A DNA stretch of 64,000 bases, taken from assembly GCA_951406725.2 (NCBI GenBank), contig OX597815.1, forward strand, positions 158,968,001 to 159,032,000. The letters are read 5' to 3'. The translations under genes and the position numbers were made by a program. Below are positions 1 through 12,245 of this stretch, piece by piece; the first letter of the stretch is position 1; each line of letters starts with the position of its first letter. Origin of the DNA: Octopus vulgaris. Taxonomy: Eukaryota. Below the pieces are notes generated by a model. The model was given only the letters and a program-made list of their open reading frames with translations. It searched no databases and was not told the DNA's origin.

Positions 1-746
1 ATTTTACATATTTTTCACATATAGCAAAAGATTTTTGCGATGTTTATAGAGTTTCTTGGCATTATGAAGGTGTATGGAATATGTGAACTTAGTACACAAC
101 TGCACACCTACACTTCAAGCACAGTTCTGACAAAGCATCAATGACCCGTCGACTCAGTATTGCCAAGCTTCAGGAACTCATTGACTCAGATAGATGGATT
201 TATGATTTCACTAGGTTAATTCTATCCATAAACATTAAACTTAGGAGTATCTCTTAAACCGTTAGCTTCACATTTTAACAGCTTCACTGAAATTTAGACC
301 TCTGAGAGGGATATCGTGGAACAGAGAAACTGTGGTTGATACAGATAATTTGACATTATTTTTTAAATTCTGCATGCAAAAACATATAAAATACATGTAT
401 TCTTTTTCTTAAGACTAATTCTTCGTTGACCAGAGTTACTCTTATCATAGTGTACAGATCCAAGCACGAAAACGTTACTCAACTTTGGAGTTTTGGAGAC
501 AGACGCCCCTTTTTCACACACGCGCGCGCGCACACTCACACGCACACATACACACATATGAATGCATGAATGTGCATATAAACTTACATATGAATACATA
601 CATCCACATACACTTATATATTCATGATGAACACAAAAACAGGACAGGTGTACATAATACTAAAATACGCATAAAGTAAACACATGCAGACAAATATATT
701 AAGATAATAAATTTTTAAAGAATAGCAAAAGCATACAAAACACTAT

Positions 747-1113
747 GGGATGGAAGCACTCCGTCGGTTACGACGACGAGGGTTCCGGTTAATCCGAATC
801 AACGGAACAGCCTGCTCGTGAAATTAACGTGTAAGTGGCTGAGCACTCCACAGACACGTGTACCCTTAACGTAGTTCTCGGGGATAGTCAGCGTGACACA
901 GAGAGTGACAAGGCTGGCCCTTTGAAATACAGGTACAACAGAAACAGGAAGTAAGAGTGAGAGAAAGTTGTGGTGAAAGAGTACAGCAGGGATCACCACC
1001 ATCCCCTGCCGGAGCCTCGTGGAGCTTTAGGTGTTTTCGCTCAATAAACACTCACAACGCCCGGTCTGGGAATCGCAACCGCGATCCTAACCACTGGGTC
1101 ATTGCGCCTCCAC
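747..1113 (-). mobile_element. tRNA-derived SINE, family 1 (tail ...GTAACCGACGGAGTGCTTCCA)
   Basis: Minus strand begins GTGGAGGCGCAATGACCCAGTGGTTAGG (A-box-like), followed by a B-box-like motif. 12-bp TSD ACAAAACACTAT at 735-746 and 1115-1126. Near-identical to 37637-38023 except a ~22-bp deletion in the tRNA head between CCTA microhomologies. Confidence 0.9.
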
Positions 1114-1569
1114 GACAAAACACTATAGAAATCAATGAAGAGACAACAGAAACATTAAGATGATACATGTTGATTTTATTAGGTATTTGTGTTTATTTAG
1201 AAACCTACACAGAACAGGTCATTTCACAGACGATAAACTATAAATTTCACAGGATACAGCCTTAAAGTTGACACCGCTAAACGCAGAAAATTTCTGTCTC
1301 GCTATTGGCTAAAATTACCCAGTTTATTTGATTTTTAAACCTCTGTAATTTTTTCCTCCAATTCTTTTTTGTTCACAACATCATGTCTTCATAGCAATAA
1401 GAGTGGAAAGCTACATTAATATAGCCAATTTTCAGATTTTTAAAATTTTCTTTTAAAAAAATGCAGATTTTGTGAATCAGTTTAATTAGACCCTCAATGT
1501 TTTGATACTGATTTATTTTCCATTACATTTCGGACAAGTTCAGCTCTGAGTTGCTGAAGCAGAAATAGC

Positions 1570-1722
1570 ATTATAGCAAATATTCTACTCAGTACCACAG
1601 ATTTGCTTGTCAGCTGCTTGACCCTAACTACTTGAGCATGTCCTTTAGTAGCTGACATTATGTGCGTCTCTGGTGATGAGCAGAAGTAGTGGGGGAGCAT
1701 TATAGCCAAGTGTTGAGAAGAG
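1570..1722 (+). repeat. Fragment of the non-coding repeat found at 47260-47795 (opposite orientation)
   Basis: TACCACAGATTTGCTTGTCAG...GGGGAGCATTATAGCCAAGTGTTGAGA is a diverged reverse complement of about 47560-47697. Confidence 0.75.
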
Positions 1723-1853
1723 TTTTAATAAAAGTAACAATAGCAAAGTTTGAAGGAAATGTTAGCCATTTATCATACTTTCTAGGGGTAAGCAAATAAG
1801 ATATCACTGTGGCTACCGAAGAAGAAAAATCGTGTTACACAGTGTTGTTAAAA

Positions 1854-2190
1854 TGAAGGCGCATGGTTCAGTGGTTTGATTGTCGAGCTTACGATCGTGA
1901 GGCTGTGAGTTCGATTCCCGGACCGGGTTGTGTGTTGTGTTCTTGAGCAAGATACTTTATTTCACGTTGCTCCAGTTAACTCAGCTGTAGAAATGAGTTG
2001 CGACATCACTGGTGCTTAGTTGTATCGGCCTTTGCCTTTCCCTTGGATAACATCAGTGGTGTGGAGAAGGGAGGCTGGCATGCATGGGCGATTGCTGGTC
2101 TTCCACAAACAATCTTGCCCGGAGCTGTGCCTCGGAGGGTAATTTCCTAGGAGCAATCCCATGGTCATTTATGGCCGAAGGGGGTCTCCT
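1854..2190 (+). mobile_element. tRNA-derived SINE, family 4 head and core with its own 3' tail
   Basis: GAAGGCGCATGGTTCAGTGG...GAGTTCGATTCCCG (A/B boxes), then the core GTTGTGTTCTTGAGCAAGATACTTTATTTCACGTTGCTCCAG shared with 22626-22948 and 59558-59750. Confidence 0.8.
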
Positions 2191-3089
2191 CCACTCAGAT
2201 AAACATGAACCAATAAACAGACAGTCTACATCGAATATTTTCTTGTAGTTATGATCGTCTACTTGCGAACATCCTTGACTATATTCAAGGGCAAGTATTA
2301 ATAAAAGACATAAAGGCAACTTTGGCTATCATACCATCTACTTAATACGTTTAGTTTAGTGGATCTGTAATTGACGACTCTTGATGGCTGTTCGGACTGT
2401 GAGTAGGATGACGCTGGCGATTGTTTTCCTATTTGGTACACTTCAGAAAAGAAGGACAAGTTTCTGTTATTCTCCCAACATTTCTATGTCAGTAATTAGT
2501 CTGGAGTCTGTGTGTCTGCGTTCAAAAGACCGGCACGGAATACATCACCACAAACATAAACCTCCACGCTGCTCGTATTTTTTACACTTTTTAATTTTTT
2601 TTCCGAGACATCCACCATGCCAGTTTTTTTCTTCGTTGTCAGATGACCTTTTATAATTTATATTTTTAAGGTAGCGTCATTCCCTCCCATTCTTTCTCTC
2701 TCTCTCACTCTCTCTCGCTCTCTCAACTCTCTCAAACACCCTTTTTATCTGTCCTTCCATTCTTCCATTTTGCTTTCCTCTATATATATATTTAACTACC
2801 TTATTCTTACATTCAATATGCGTCTCTCTTTTTCTCTTTCCTCTATTTCTGTTGCCCTCTCACTTGTTCTTCTCTCCCTTTCTCTCATTCTCTCCCTTTC
2901 TCTCATTCTCTCTCTCTCTCTCTCAATCACACCCAGTTTGTATTTCTTCTCTCTTCCTTAATCTCACATATTTGCATACATTCTTTCTTATCCATGTCAT
3001 ATTTTCTTTTAATCGATAGATTTAGCAGTAAACTCCCTCACTCCCCCTCACTCTGCACATATATATATATAATATATATAATATATAAA

Positions 3090-3322
3090 TATATGCATAT
3101 ATACATACATATATGTACATACCTACATATATATGTATATATACATGCATATATGGGTACAGGACATCAAAAATCCGTTGAACATAGTGAGAAACGAAAA
3201 CATAAAGACAAAAACATAGAAAACGAACTTTATTTTTCGAACAAGGAAAAAAACAGAGAAACGAGACATGCAACATAAAGAATAAACCCCTTCATCAGTT
3301 GCCCCTGTTTCATCTACTCCGC
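3090..3322 (-). repeat. TA-associated dispersed repeat (related copies ~21300-21600 + and ~34265-34375 -)
   Basis: Shared block GATGTCCTGTAC...ATGCATGTATATATACAT...GTAGGTA(C/T)GTA. Two copies carry CTGATGA(A/C)GGGG. Confidence 0.6.
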
Positions 3323-3342
3323 ATCCATCCATCCATCCATCC

Positions 3343-3409
<67 letters not shown>

Positions 3410-3729
3410 TACATACATACATACATACATACATACATACATACATACATACATACATACATACATGCATATGATATATATATGCGTATCGTACAACCGT
3501 GTCTCGTAACTTCGACATAATTCCGACCTTTTATCACCGTTCAATTTACTCACTCTCTTCCTCTTCTTCCTCCACTGTTTATTTATGAGCTTCTTGTCTC
3601 CCAGTTTCATAGGTACATTCGAACATACACGCCTACGTATGTATGTATATGAACATGTTTGTCTCTTCTTCCTTGTTGAAGTTTTTAGAGTTATTTTAAC
3701 CGGTTATCTGCGCACTCACAAGAAAGTAA

Positions 3730-4145
3730 AGCGAGCTGGCAGAAGCGTTAGCACGGCGGGCGAAATGCGTAGCGGTATTTCGTCTGTCGTTACGTTCTGA
3801 GTTCAAATTCCGCCGAGGTCGACTTTGCCGTTCATCCTTTCGGGGTCGATTAAATAAGTACCAGTTACGCACTGGGGTCGATATAATCGACTTAATACCT
3901 ATGTCTGTCCTTGTTTGTCCCATCTGTGTTTAGCCCCTTGTGGGTAATAAAGAAATAGGTATTTCGTCTGTCGTTACGTTCTGAGTTCAAATTCCGCCGA
4001 GGTCGACTTTGCCGTTCATCCTTTCGGGGTCGATTAAATAAGTACCAGTTAAGGCAATGGGGTCGATATAATCGACATAATCCGTTTATCTCTCCTTGTT
4101 TGTTCCCTCTGTGTGTAGCCCCTTGTGGGCAGTAAAGAAATAAGA
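3730..4145 (+). mobile_element. SINE family 3 (Meta/Sauria-like central domain), dimeric
   Basis: GCGAGCTGGCAGAAGCGTTAGC head; GAGGTCGACTTTGCCGTTCATCCTTTCGGGGTCGATTAAATAAGTACCAG occurs twice in tandem (~3816 and ~3999). Many copies in the window. Confidence 0.85.
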
Positions 4146-4691
4146 AAGTAAAGAAAAAAATAAAAGCGTCTTGTTCTCTTCGTCAAACACACACACACAC
4201 ACATGTTTATCAATTGTATTTTACTTGTTTCAGTCATTGGACTACACCCTGGTAGAGTTAAATAGACGCATAACTTAACCCGAACACTTACATTTTTAAA
4301 GCCTGGAACTTAGTTGTCAGTCGCTTTTGCCGTTCGGGGATGTACGGGGATGTAAACAAGGCAGCACTGCTGGTCAAGCAGTGGTGGCAGACAAACACAC
4401 ATATCCCCCCCTACACACACACAAATACACCACACAACATAACAACAATAACAACATCAACAACACTGGAAAATATTACATCTTTATTTGAGGATTACAT
4501 CATACAGACCTACAAAGTTCTTCTTCAGCAAAATTATTCTTACCTCGGGCAACGCAGTTTAGTTATCAAAAGTTGCTCAGCCCCACTAACCACTGGTATC
4601 TATCTACTTGCCAGTTCATGAGACACTATCATGTTAACCAAACAATGGTTTGCGAAAAATTGATCGAGAAGTATGAAGGAAGTTTATATAA

Positions 4692-5040
4692 TGTATGTAT
4701 GTATGTATGTATGTATGTATGTATGTATGTATGTATGTATGTATGTATGTATGTATGTATGCATGCATGTGTGTATGTACGTACGTATGTATGTATGATA
4801 TCTGTATGTACGTATATGTATATATATATATATATATATATGTAGGTATGTATGTACATATGTACGTATGTATCTGTGTGTGCATGTATGTATGTATGAA
4901 TGCATGTACGCACCTACGCATGCATGCATGCATACGCGGGTGTGTGTGTGCACGCGTGTGTATGTTGTATGTGCGTATGTATGTATGTATGTATGTATGT
5001 ATGTATGTATGTATGTATGTATGTATGTATGTATGTATGT
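4692..5040. repeat. Compound (TATG)n/(TA)n microsatellite
   Basis: Directly visible; source of the MYVC/HTYI ORFs. Confidence 0.97.
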
Positions 5041-5069
5041 GTAGATGCGGTGTAGGTGTGTACAGATGT

Positions 5070-5460
5070 GATGGCAGAGCAAAAGTGAGTGGAGCATGGT
5101 CCTTTGAAGCGCTCACTTCGTAAGCGGGACCCAAGTACAGAGTCTGGAGAAACACAAGAAGAACTTAGATGCATCGCGTGTAAATGATTTCTTATCTCAA
5201 AAGCCGGGTTTGTCGGCCATCTAAAGTCTCATGAGTGATGTTGAAGCAGAGCTGTTTATGAGGTTTTCTACCGCCTCGCCCTCCTTGGTACCTTTGGACT
5301 GAAAAGAAAACTAGATGTCACGTCTGTGAACGTTCCTGTAGAACGGAAGCTGGGTAGAAATGCCGTCTGCGTGCATATGAACATGCAATGTTCAAAGAAG
5401 CAAAGGCCCACTTCTGAAAAGAAGTGGCAATCAGCGCATGTGTACCTATGTTTGTATGTA
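5070..5460 (+). mobile_element. 3' end of a decayed LINE (RTE-like) with two C2H2-type zinc fingers
   Basis: Manual translation gives LKRSLRKRD...RCIACK*FLISKAGFVGHLKSH and RCHVCERSCRTEAG*KCRLRAY, ending in a TATG-like tail. Confidence 0.6.
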
Positions 5461-5885
5461 CAGTAATGCCTCCATATACGAGTTAATTTGCTCTCGGGGA
5501 CCGCTCGTAAAGCGAAAACTTGTAAAGCAGAGCAATGTTATAAATCGTAATTCGTTCCCAGAAAAATATTTTACCAATAAAATTTATAATACTCGTAAAT
5601 AAATAGCAATAAAACAATAATTGAATGTAAAGAATATTATCTATGTAAAGTTAAAAGAATGTCAAGATCATTTATAATTTTTAAAAAATCGTTTCCTGAA
5701 TCACTTCCACACACACTAGACTTGCGTACATCATCACTTGTAGACGCGAACGCCGGTTCACAAGCACTTGTAGACAGACTTGTAGATTTCTTTTTAAAAA
5801 ACAAGTCTAGAGTTGTTTGCTTAGAAGAAGCTTTTTTTCGCTCTCTAAATTTCTCAATAACACGCAGAAGTATTTGTCATGGTAG
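5461..5885 (-). mobile_element. Tigger/pogo-like DNA transposon relic (right end)
   Basis: TA|CAGTAATGCCTCCATATACGAG is a Tigger-type terminus at 5461. Minus-strand remnant CY*EI...KKASSKQTTLDLFFKK resembles pogo/Tigger transposase C-termini. Confidence 0.6.
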
Positions 5886-5901
5886 CAGAAACTTTTGCTA
5901 C

Positions 5902-5947
5902 AACACCTGATGAAGCCTGGAGGGTACATCAGCCGAAACGTTGTATT
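5902..5947 (+). ncRNA. Minimal type-I hammerhead ribozyme motif (slightly degenerate)
   Basis: AACAC-CUGAUGA-A-GcCUG[loop]CAGCC-GAAA-CG-UU-GUaUU. Palindromic stem III AACGUU, GUU triplet, one mismatch each in stems I and II. Confidence 0.7.
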
Positions 5948-6570
5948 AACGACAAACAAGATGAGGTCAAATGTACATAATTCCTCATCTCTTAAATATA
6001 GAACTGAACATGAATGTATAAACTTAACTCTTTTATAAGGCAACGATAGTGTTTCATATACATTTTCATGAAAAGCTTGAAGTCTAAAATGAGTTTTCTT
6101 TTTTCTTTCTTTTATGCGTGTGGTTGGTGAGTCTGTACGTGTGCGATGATTAATTTTTTTAACATTTCAGTTTAGACCTTTGGACATAAGAGGTTCCGTT
6201 TTAGACATGCATGATAGATCAGAAAAATAATTTTAGGAGGCGAAAAAAATGTACATTATCGTGTTTATGATTTTCCAAGACCCAGAGGTCATAAGTGATG
6301 TGAAAAGATTCCAACTGTGAATAGAAACAAGGTCATCAAGAACTTAACGCTGTTCTACTGGTGCTTGCCATATACTGGTGTAAAATAACAACTTATTTCT
6401 CCCCCCCACACACACACACACACACGCACAAAAGCACGTACGATCAGCGACAAATGCAGAGAAGCAGTAATAGTCGTGCTGTAACCAAATCTACGTTGTA
6501 CTCTTAATGCTAAATGGCTACCTTTAAAAGACATTCGTATTAAGTGTTTGTTTACGTTTCCTATATATTA

Positions 6571-6945
6571 TCTTTATATATAAAAGTAAGGTTGTGTGTC
6601 TGTCTCTTACGATTTAGATTCCTAACTACTCCCACATTTTGCGGTGCAGTTTAACCAAAACCGGGTATCTTATAGTCGTGATTCATATCGAGCCCTTCTG
6701 GGTATTAGCGCGCGTCTACGATGAGTCTACGATTAAAAAAAAATTTTTTTCCATTTTAATGCATTTTTTCGCTATTATATAAGGAAAGTAACTCTCTAAA
6801 AATGTCTACGATGAGTCAACGATTTTTAAAAAATTTACCATCATTTTTTTTCCCTTTTTAATGCATTTTTTGGCTATAACTCTCTAAAAATGCTTATATA
6901 GTTATTTCGCTTACAAACCCGAGCAACGCCGGGCGATACTGCTAG
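6571..6945 (+). mobile_element. Non-autonomous Helitron-like element
   Basis: A|TC...CTAG|T termini with no TSD; subterminal hairpin CCCGAGCAACGCCGGG; near-identical copy at 62728-63113. Confidence 0.85.
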
Positions 6946-7084
6946 TAGAATATAAAAGCGACGGCAAAAGTGGCATATTTCGTAAATTTCGTTGCTAATG
7001 TGTTAAGTGTTGGTATTTAAATAAAATGGTGCAAATATATGCCTTGTTTTCATAAGTAATTCTGAACACGTCTTTAAAAAATAA

Positions 7085-7870
7085 TTTTTATCTTTTACCT
7101 GTTTCAGCTATTGGACTACGACCATACTGGGATACCTCTTTGCTTGAAGGGTTTTTGTTGCGAAGATCGATCTATGGTGCTTATTCTTTTGGTATCTTTT
7201 CACTAACTACTAGGTAACGGAGACAAACTAACACCGGTTGTTAGGCGGTGTGGGGGAACAAGCATGGACAAAAAGAAACACTAGCAAAGATACACACACA
7301 CACACACACATATACTCTTTTACTCTTTTACTTGTTTCAGTCATTTGACTGCGGCCATGCTGGAGCACCGCCTTTAGTCGAGCAAATCGACCCCGGGACT
7401 TATTCTTTGTAAGCCCAGTACTTATTCTATCGGTCTCTTTTGCCGAACCGCTAAGTGACGGGGACGTAAACACACCAGCATCGGTTGTCCAGCAATGCTA
7501 GGGGGACAAACACACACACACAAACATACACACAAATACATAGAAATATATACATATATACGACAGGCTTCTTTCAGTTTCCGTCTACCAAATCCACTCA
7601 CAAGCATTGGTCGGCCCGGGGCTATAGCAGAAGACACTTGCCCAAGATGCCACCCAGTGGGACTGAACCCGGAACCATGTGGTTGGTTAGCAAGCTATAT
7701 ATATATTAATACGACGGGCTTCTTTCAGTTTCTGTCTACCAAATCCACTATAAGGCATTAGTCGCCCGGGGCTATGGTAGAAGACATTTACCCAAGGTGC
7801 TGCGCTGTGGGACTGAACCCGAAACCACGTAGTTGCAAAGCAAACTTCTTAACCACAAAGCCATACCTGC
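7085..7870 (-). mobile_element. Cluster of nested family 2 tRNA-SINE copies (internal TA/TG microsatellite, AGTAAAAG tail)
   Basis: Three overlapping pieces matching GGTTCAGTCCCAC...CTTGGGCAAGTGTCTTC...GGATTTGGTAGACGGAAACTGAAAGAAGC. Confidence 0.88.
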
Positions 7871-8512
7871 GGATCTTTTCGGTTTGAACGGCAGTTTTTT
7901 CTAGCGGTGTCATTATCGATCTATTGCATTTCAATCTGTTTTAGGGTTAGGGTTAGTTAGGGTTAGGGGTGGGGGAAGGGTATCTTTTTTTTTCTTCAGA
8001 AATGTAAATAAACCCAATCTGTTTCTTAAACGAGGGACATATTCATACGGCACAGAATGTTTTTTTACATCAATAGACGTTACTGATTGGTTGAAATTGC
8101 AGAAATTGAAGAAAAACAACAACAAATATCTTACAAACTATAGAATTTTCTCAATAAAGCCAAGAGAAAAAGATGTTTTATAAACACGTTCTACCAGTAT
8201 ACGAAGTTTAAAACAATTTAGTTACCTAGAAATTATGTTACAAAGTGCCGTTCAAAAGGAAAAGATCCGTTGTAAGTTATTATTTAGTCAACGAGATATA
8301 TAGAACGTTAAATAGTTATACGGTTCTTTTAAGATAGGTTATACGTTTATAATTTGCTTTTTCATCTTTAATTTTTTAATATATTTCATAAATATATTAC
8401 ATTAATATTCAATATTTACGTAAGTAATAATGGACTAATTAATTTATTTAGTTTTCATTTTTTAGTTACCTAGAAATTATGTTAAAAACTGCCGTTCAAA
8501 CCGAAAAGATCC
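7871..8512. mobile_element. Unclassified MITE with internal TTAGGG repeats and two right ends
   Basis: Left TIR GGATCTTTTCGGTTTGAACGGCAGTTTTT matches 8484-8512 perfectly (29 bp); an imperfect right end finishes at 8268; TTAGGG-like run at 7941-7968. Confidence 0.8.
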
Positions 8513-9639
8513 AAGATTTATAGATATCACTAAAAAAATATCTATTGTAGCTGACAAGTGGCGAAGATGGTGGAAATTGTGACAGAGAATTGATGGTGAC
8601 TAAGAAAGATAACTGTTTGGTTCTGGAGATAAAATCGATGTGATATTGAAGCCTTACTTCTAAGAAAAAGTGCTTGTAATAAATCTTAATAATATTTCTG
8701 CTGTGATACTTAAGTATGTTAGCATGTATAACGTAGAATCTATGGTAAATATAATTGAGTTTCGCCGGGAAGTAATCTGTTCTCAAGGACCAGTTAGATG
8801 CAGGTGGTCTTCAAATTCGAAAGAACTTCCTTAATAAATATGAAAGTATCGCCTCATTGAATTACATTCCACGATTTAAACATATACGACTGACATACCT
8901 CATCGAATCATGTTACATAGGTGAAGCAGAATGAAATATTGCAGCTGTCAACAGTAGAAATATTACACACGTTACAGTATTTCATTTCAGCTTCCCGGTT
9001 CGAAGTTCAAATCCTAGCAAGGTACATTTTATTATAATTTTTCAATTCTGGAAAGGCTAAAATGAAAGAGCCCATTAATATACAGGGACGATGTAGTTGA
9101 TTGTACTTTACTACTTACACTAAAAAGCGTTGATCTTTCGCAAGAAAAATAATATTAATTTCTATAGTGAGGTAAGTAGCTTGCTTACCAACCACATGGT
9201 TCCGGGTTCAGTCCCACTGCATGGCACCTTGGACAAATGTCTTCTACTATAGCCTCGGGCCAACCAAAGCCTTGTGAGTGGATTTGGTAGACGGAAACTG
9301 AAAGAAGCCCGTCGTATATATGTATATATATGTATGTGTGTGTATGATTACTTTCCATGCGATCGATGATCAGTCAGCTAGAAATAGCAACCTAATTTCC
9401 CTTTTAAAACATCGCCATACTTCTACGCGAAAGAAGACATCAAATCATCCTCACAACGTAGATTTGATCTAAGTTCTTGCAACAGAGTAGAATCCGCTAA
9501 TGGTAAAAAAAAGAAGAAGAAGAAAAAAAGAACGAAAACAGCTCTTGACTGCGATTCACTTTTGATTCTTAATTAATGGAAATTCACTGACACTATTACA
9601 ACCTTTGGAAAGTATCAACAAACAACTTCTCGAGACGGG

Positions 9640-9990
9640 AGACTCAAATAATTGATTCGCTGCTGCCCCCCATTCATGTCTGTCCTCTGCCAGCCTGCAC
9701 AGTTCCGCAAAACTTCCACCACTAGCTTCTTTGATGCTATCACTCAATCTGGTTACAAGTATTCCTCTAGTTCATTTGTCATATTCTCTACCTGTCGACA
9801 GGAACTTGTCAAGGTCTTGTCTTCTCGATATATAATCGGTGAAGGTCCATTTTCTTTGCTTAATTGTATTTAACAGTCTTTCTTGGCACTTCATCTTACA
9901 AATGACCCACTCATTTGTTCTTTTATCCGTCCAGCCTATTCTGAGAATCCGTCTATTGCACCATTGTTCAAATGCTTCGATTTTCCTTTT
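9640..9990 (-). mobile_element. RTE-clade LINE 3' fragment
   Basis: Minus frames read RKIEAFEQWCNRRILRIGWTDKRTNEWV and SIKEASGGSFAELCRLAEDRHEW, typical of the RTE/BovB C-terminal region. Confidence 0.85.
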
Positions 9991-10288
9991 TATCTTCCAT
10001 CTTTTATCTTTTACTTGTCTCAGGCTGTTCCGTTGATCGGATCAACTGAAACCCTCACCGTCATAACCGACGGAGTACCGGTTAATTTTCTAGTCCTGCA
10101 TGCAACTTTCTACATTTACCTACCCCTAAATGTTTATTAAACAAATGAATTTATAAGCTATTCTTTATAGCTGAGTTCGCTTCGGGGCACATCATTAATA
10201 AAGTATTGTCTTTTCATCTTTTACTTGTTTCATTCATTAGACTGCTGGCATGCTGATACACTACCTTGAAGGGTAAGTTTCTGTCTTA

Positions 10289-11006
10289 GTTTTCCGTTCG
10301 TCTGTGCATTTAGTTTATGCTTTTCAACTTGACGTTCTGTGTCTGTTTCCGTTCGTTTGTTTATTACTATACGTGTTTGACTTCTGAAAATATTATTCAC
10401 GCAACTCAGCGCATTCATTATTTTTTACCCATTTGAAGTAATATACTCGGAATATTTTTGTGCAACTCTGTCTCTTTCCTTTCCTTTGACTCCCTTTCAC
10501 CTCCCTCTCTCTGTTCTTTCTCTTTCCCTCCGTCTCTCTCTCTCTCTCTCCCTTTCTATGTCTTTCTCTCTTTTCCCTCCCTGTTACTCTCCTCCGTTTC
10601 TCTAGTCTATTTGACTCTTCCTCTCTCCTCACACTAATACGCGACCGGACACGATCTAAGGCTGTGTCATTTCTTGAATTACTTCAAGTCTCGTCTTGAA
10701 TTACTTTTATCCATTTTCGTATGTCCATTTCCGTATTTCTTGTTCGTTCATTGTTTCTCCGTCATGTTTTGTTTTGTTATGTTTTGGTCGCATTCCCAGC
10801 AAGTTTTCTTGCTGGTTGCCTCCAGCAATATTATCGATAATGTCACGAAATTGCATTTGACACCCCGGCCGATAACCGATGAGGAGTTGGTGACCTTCTT
10901 TGCTTGTTTTCCGTTCGTTTGTGCATTTAGTGTGCTTTTCAACTTGACGTTCTTTGTCTTTTTTCCGTTCGTTTCTTTATTATTATAGGTGTTTGACTTC
11001 TGAAAA
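10289..11006. repeat. ~100-bp imperfect direct repeats (10289-10390 and 10906-11006)
   Basis: GTTTTCCGTTCGT.TGTGCATTTAG...TTTTCAACTTGACGTTCT...GTGTTTGACTTCTGAAAA occurs twice. Confidence 0.8.
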
Positions 11007-11355
11007 AAAATAATGTTTCAAATGTACAGAAAATAAAAGACAAAGACAGGTGAGGGAAGCTCGGGAACAAAGGAAAAGTCTTTGACGCTTTTCGACAGGA
11101 TTAGAGGAAAAATGGAAAGAGCGAAGGGGGGGGGAGAGAAGGAGAGAGAGAAAACGGAAAGATAAAAACTGTATTAGGATTAACAGCTTAACATGGTGAA
11201 AATCTGTATATATATATATTATATTATATTAAATTAGAGATAAAACCACTATTAAGCAAATCATACAATGAAAAACTTAAGCCAATACATATGATTAATT
11301 AATTTATATTATTTAAATATATATCAAAATTATTAAAAAAAGATAATTAATATAA

Positions 11356-11419
11356 CACTACGATCGTTTCATGGCTGTTCAATTCTTAAAATTTTCGAGT
11401 AACAGTCATTCTTCAGATG
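11356..11419 (-). ncRNA. Minimal type-I hammerhead ribozyme motif
   Basis: CAU-CUGAAGA-AUGaCUGUU[loop]AACAGcCAU-GAAA-CGAUCG-UA-GUG. Palindromic stem III ACGAUCGU, GUA triplet; lies in an insert bounded by TA runs (~11207-11555). Confidence 0.7.
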
Positions 11420-12210
11420 GTTTGAATATTTAACTTGGCGAGGTTTAATCAATGAATATAATATAATATTTTACTATAAAATTGGATTCAATCCTAAATC
11501 TGATTTTTCCCTGTAAGTTTGGATTTATTCCCTAATATTTATATATATATATATACGCATACATGTACACAATTTTTGAACAGTGGATCAGTGGATCTCG
11601 AAGAACATAAAGCTATATGTAACAGAATGTAAATGTTGTGTTGAAATATTTACATGTTATTATTTATAGCTTTATGTTCCGCGTGATCCTCTGTCCTCAC
11701 CCCGAACCAAAACCACCACCACAAAAAAGAATATATATATATTTCACGTTCTCTCGGAAGTTAATCAATTCTTATGATGTCATACAATGTACACACACAC
11801 GCGCGGTTGCTACAGAAGACAGAACGTTTAGCTCTGAACGTGTTGCCTCAGCGTGGCTTTTATCTGTGATGGGTTTAACAAACTAAAGAAGCTAAAGATC
11901 AGAAAACAAACACATATAGTAGAAGGCAGATTAACTGTAAAACGAAATTTCCTTCTGTTACGTTTTGGTCTTGTATTTTTTTTACTCATGTCTGTCTACC
12001 TGTTTATGCGAATGTACGTCTACAGGAATGTGTGCGTGAGAGTTGAAAGACAGCTACAAGGAACAAAAAAATAATTCGATCGTAAATAAAAAAAACAAAA
12101 TGAATAAATAAAAAAATAAACTATCAAGAGTAAACAAATAAGACGGAAGAACTAAAATGTTCAAGATTTATAAAAAGCATAACAACGACCACAAACCAAA
12201 AAAAAAAGAA

Positions 12211-12245
<35 letters not shown>

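Noticed and set aside
3270-3310. CUGAUGA in the 3090/21300 repeat family as a hammerhead
   Set aside because: I could not find a properly placed stem II, GAAA and UH in either copy.
4629-5174. Many MYVC/HTYI/CVCV/IYIY ORFs here and across the window
   Set aside because: These are translations of TATG, CA and TA microsatellites.
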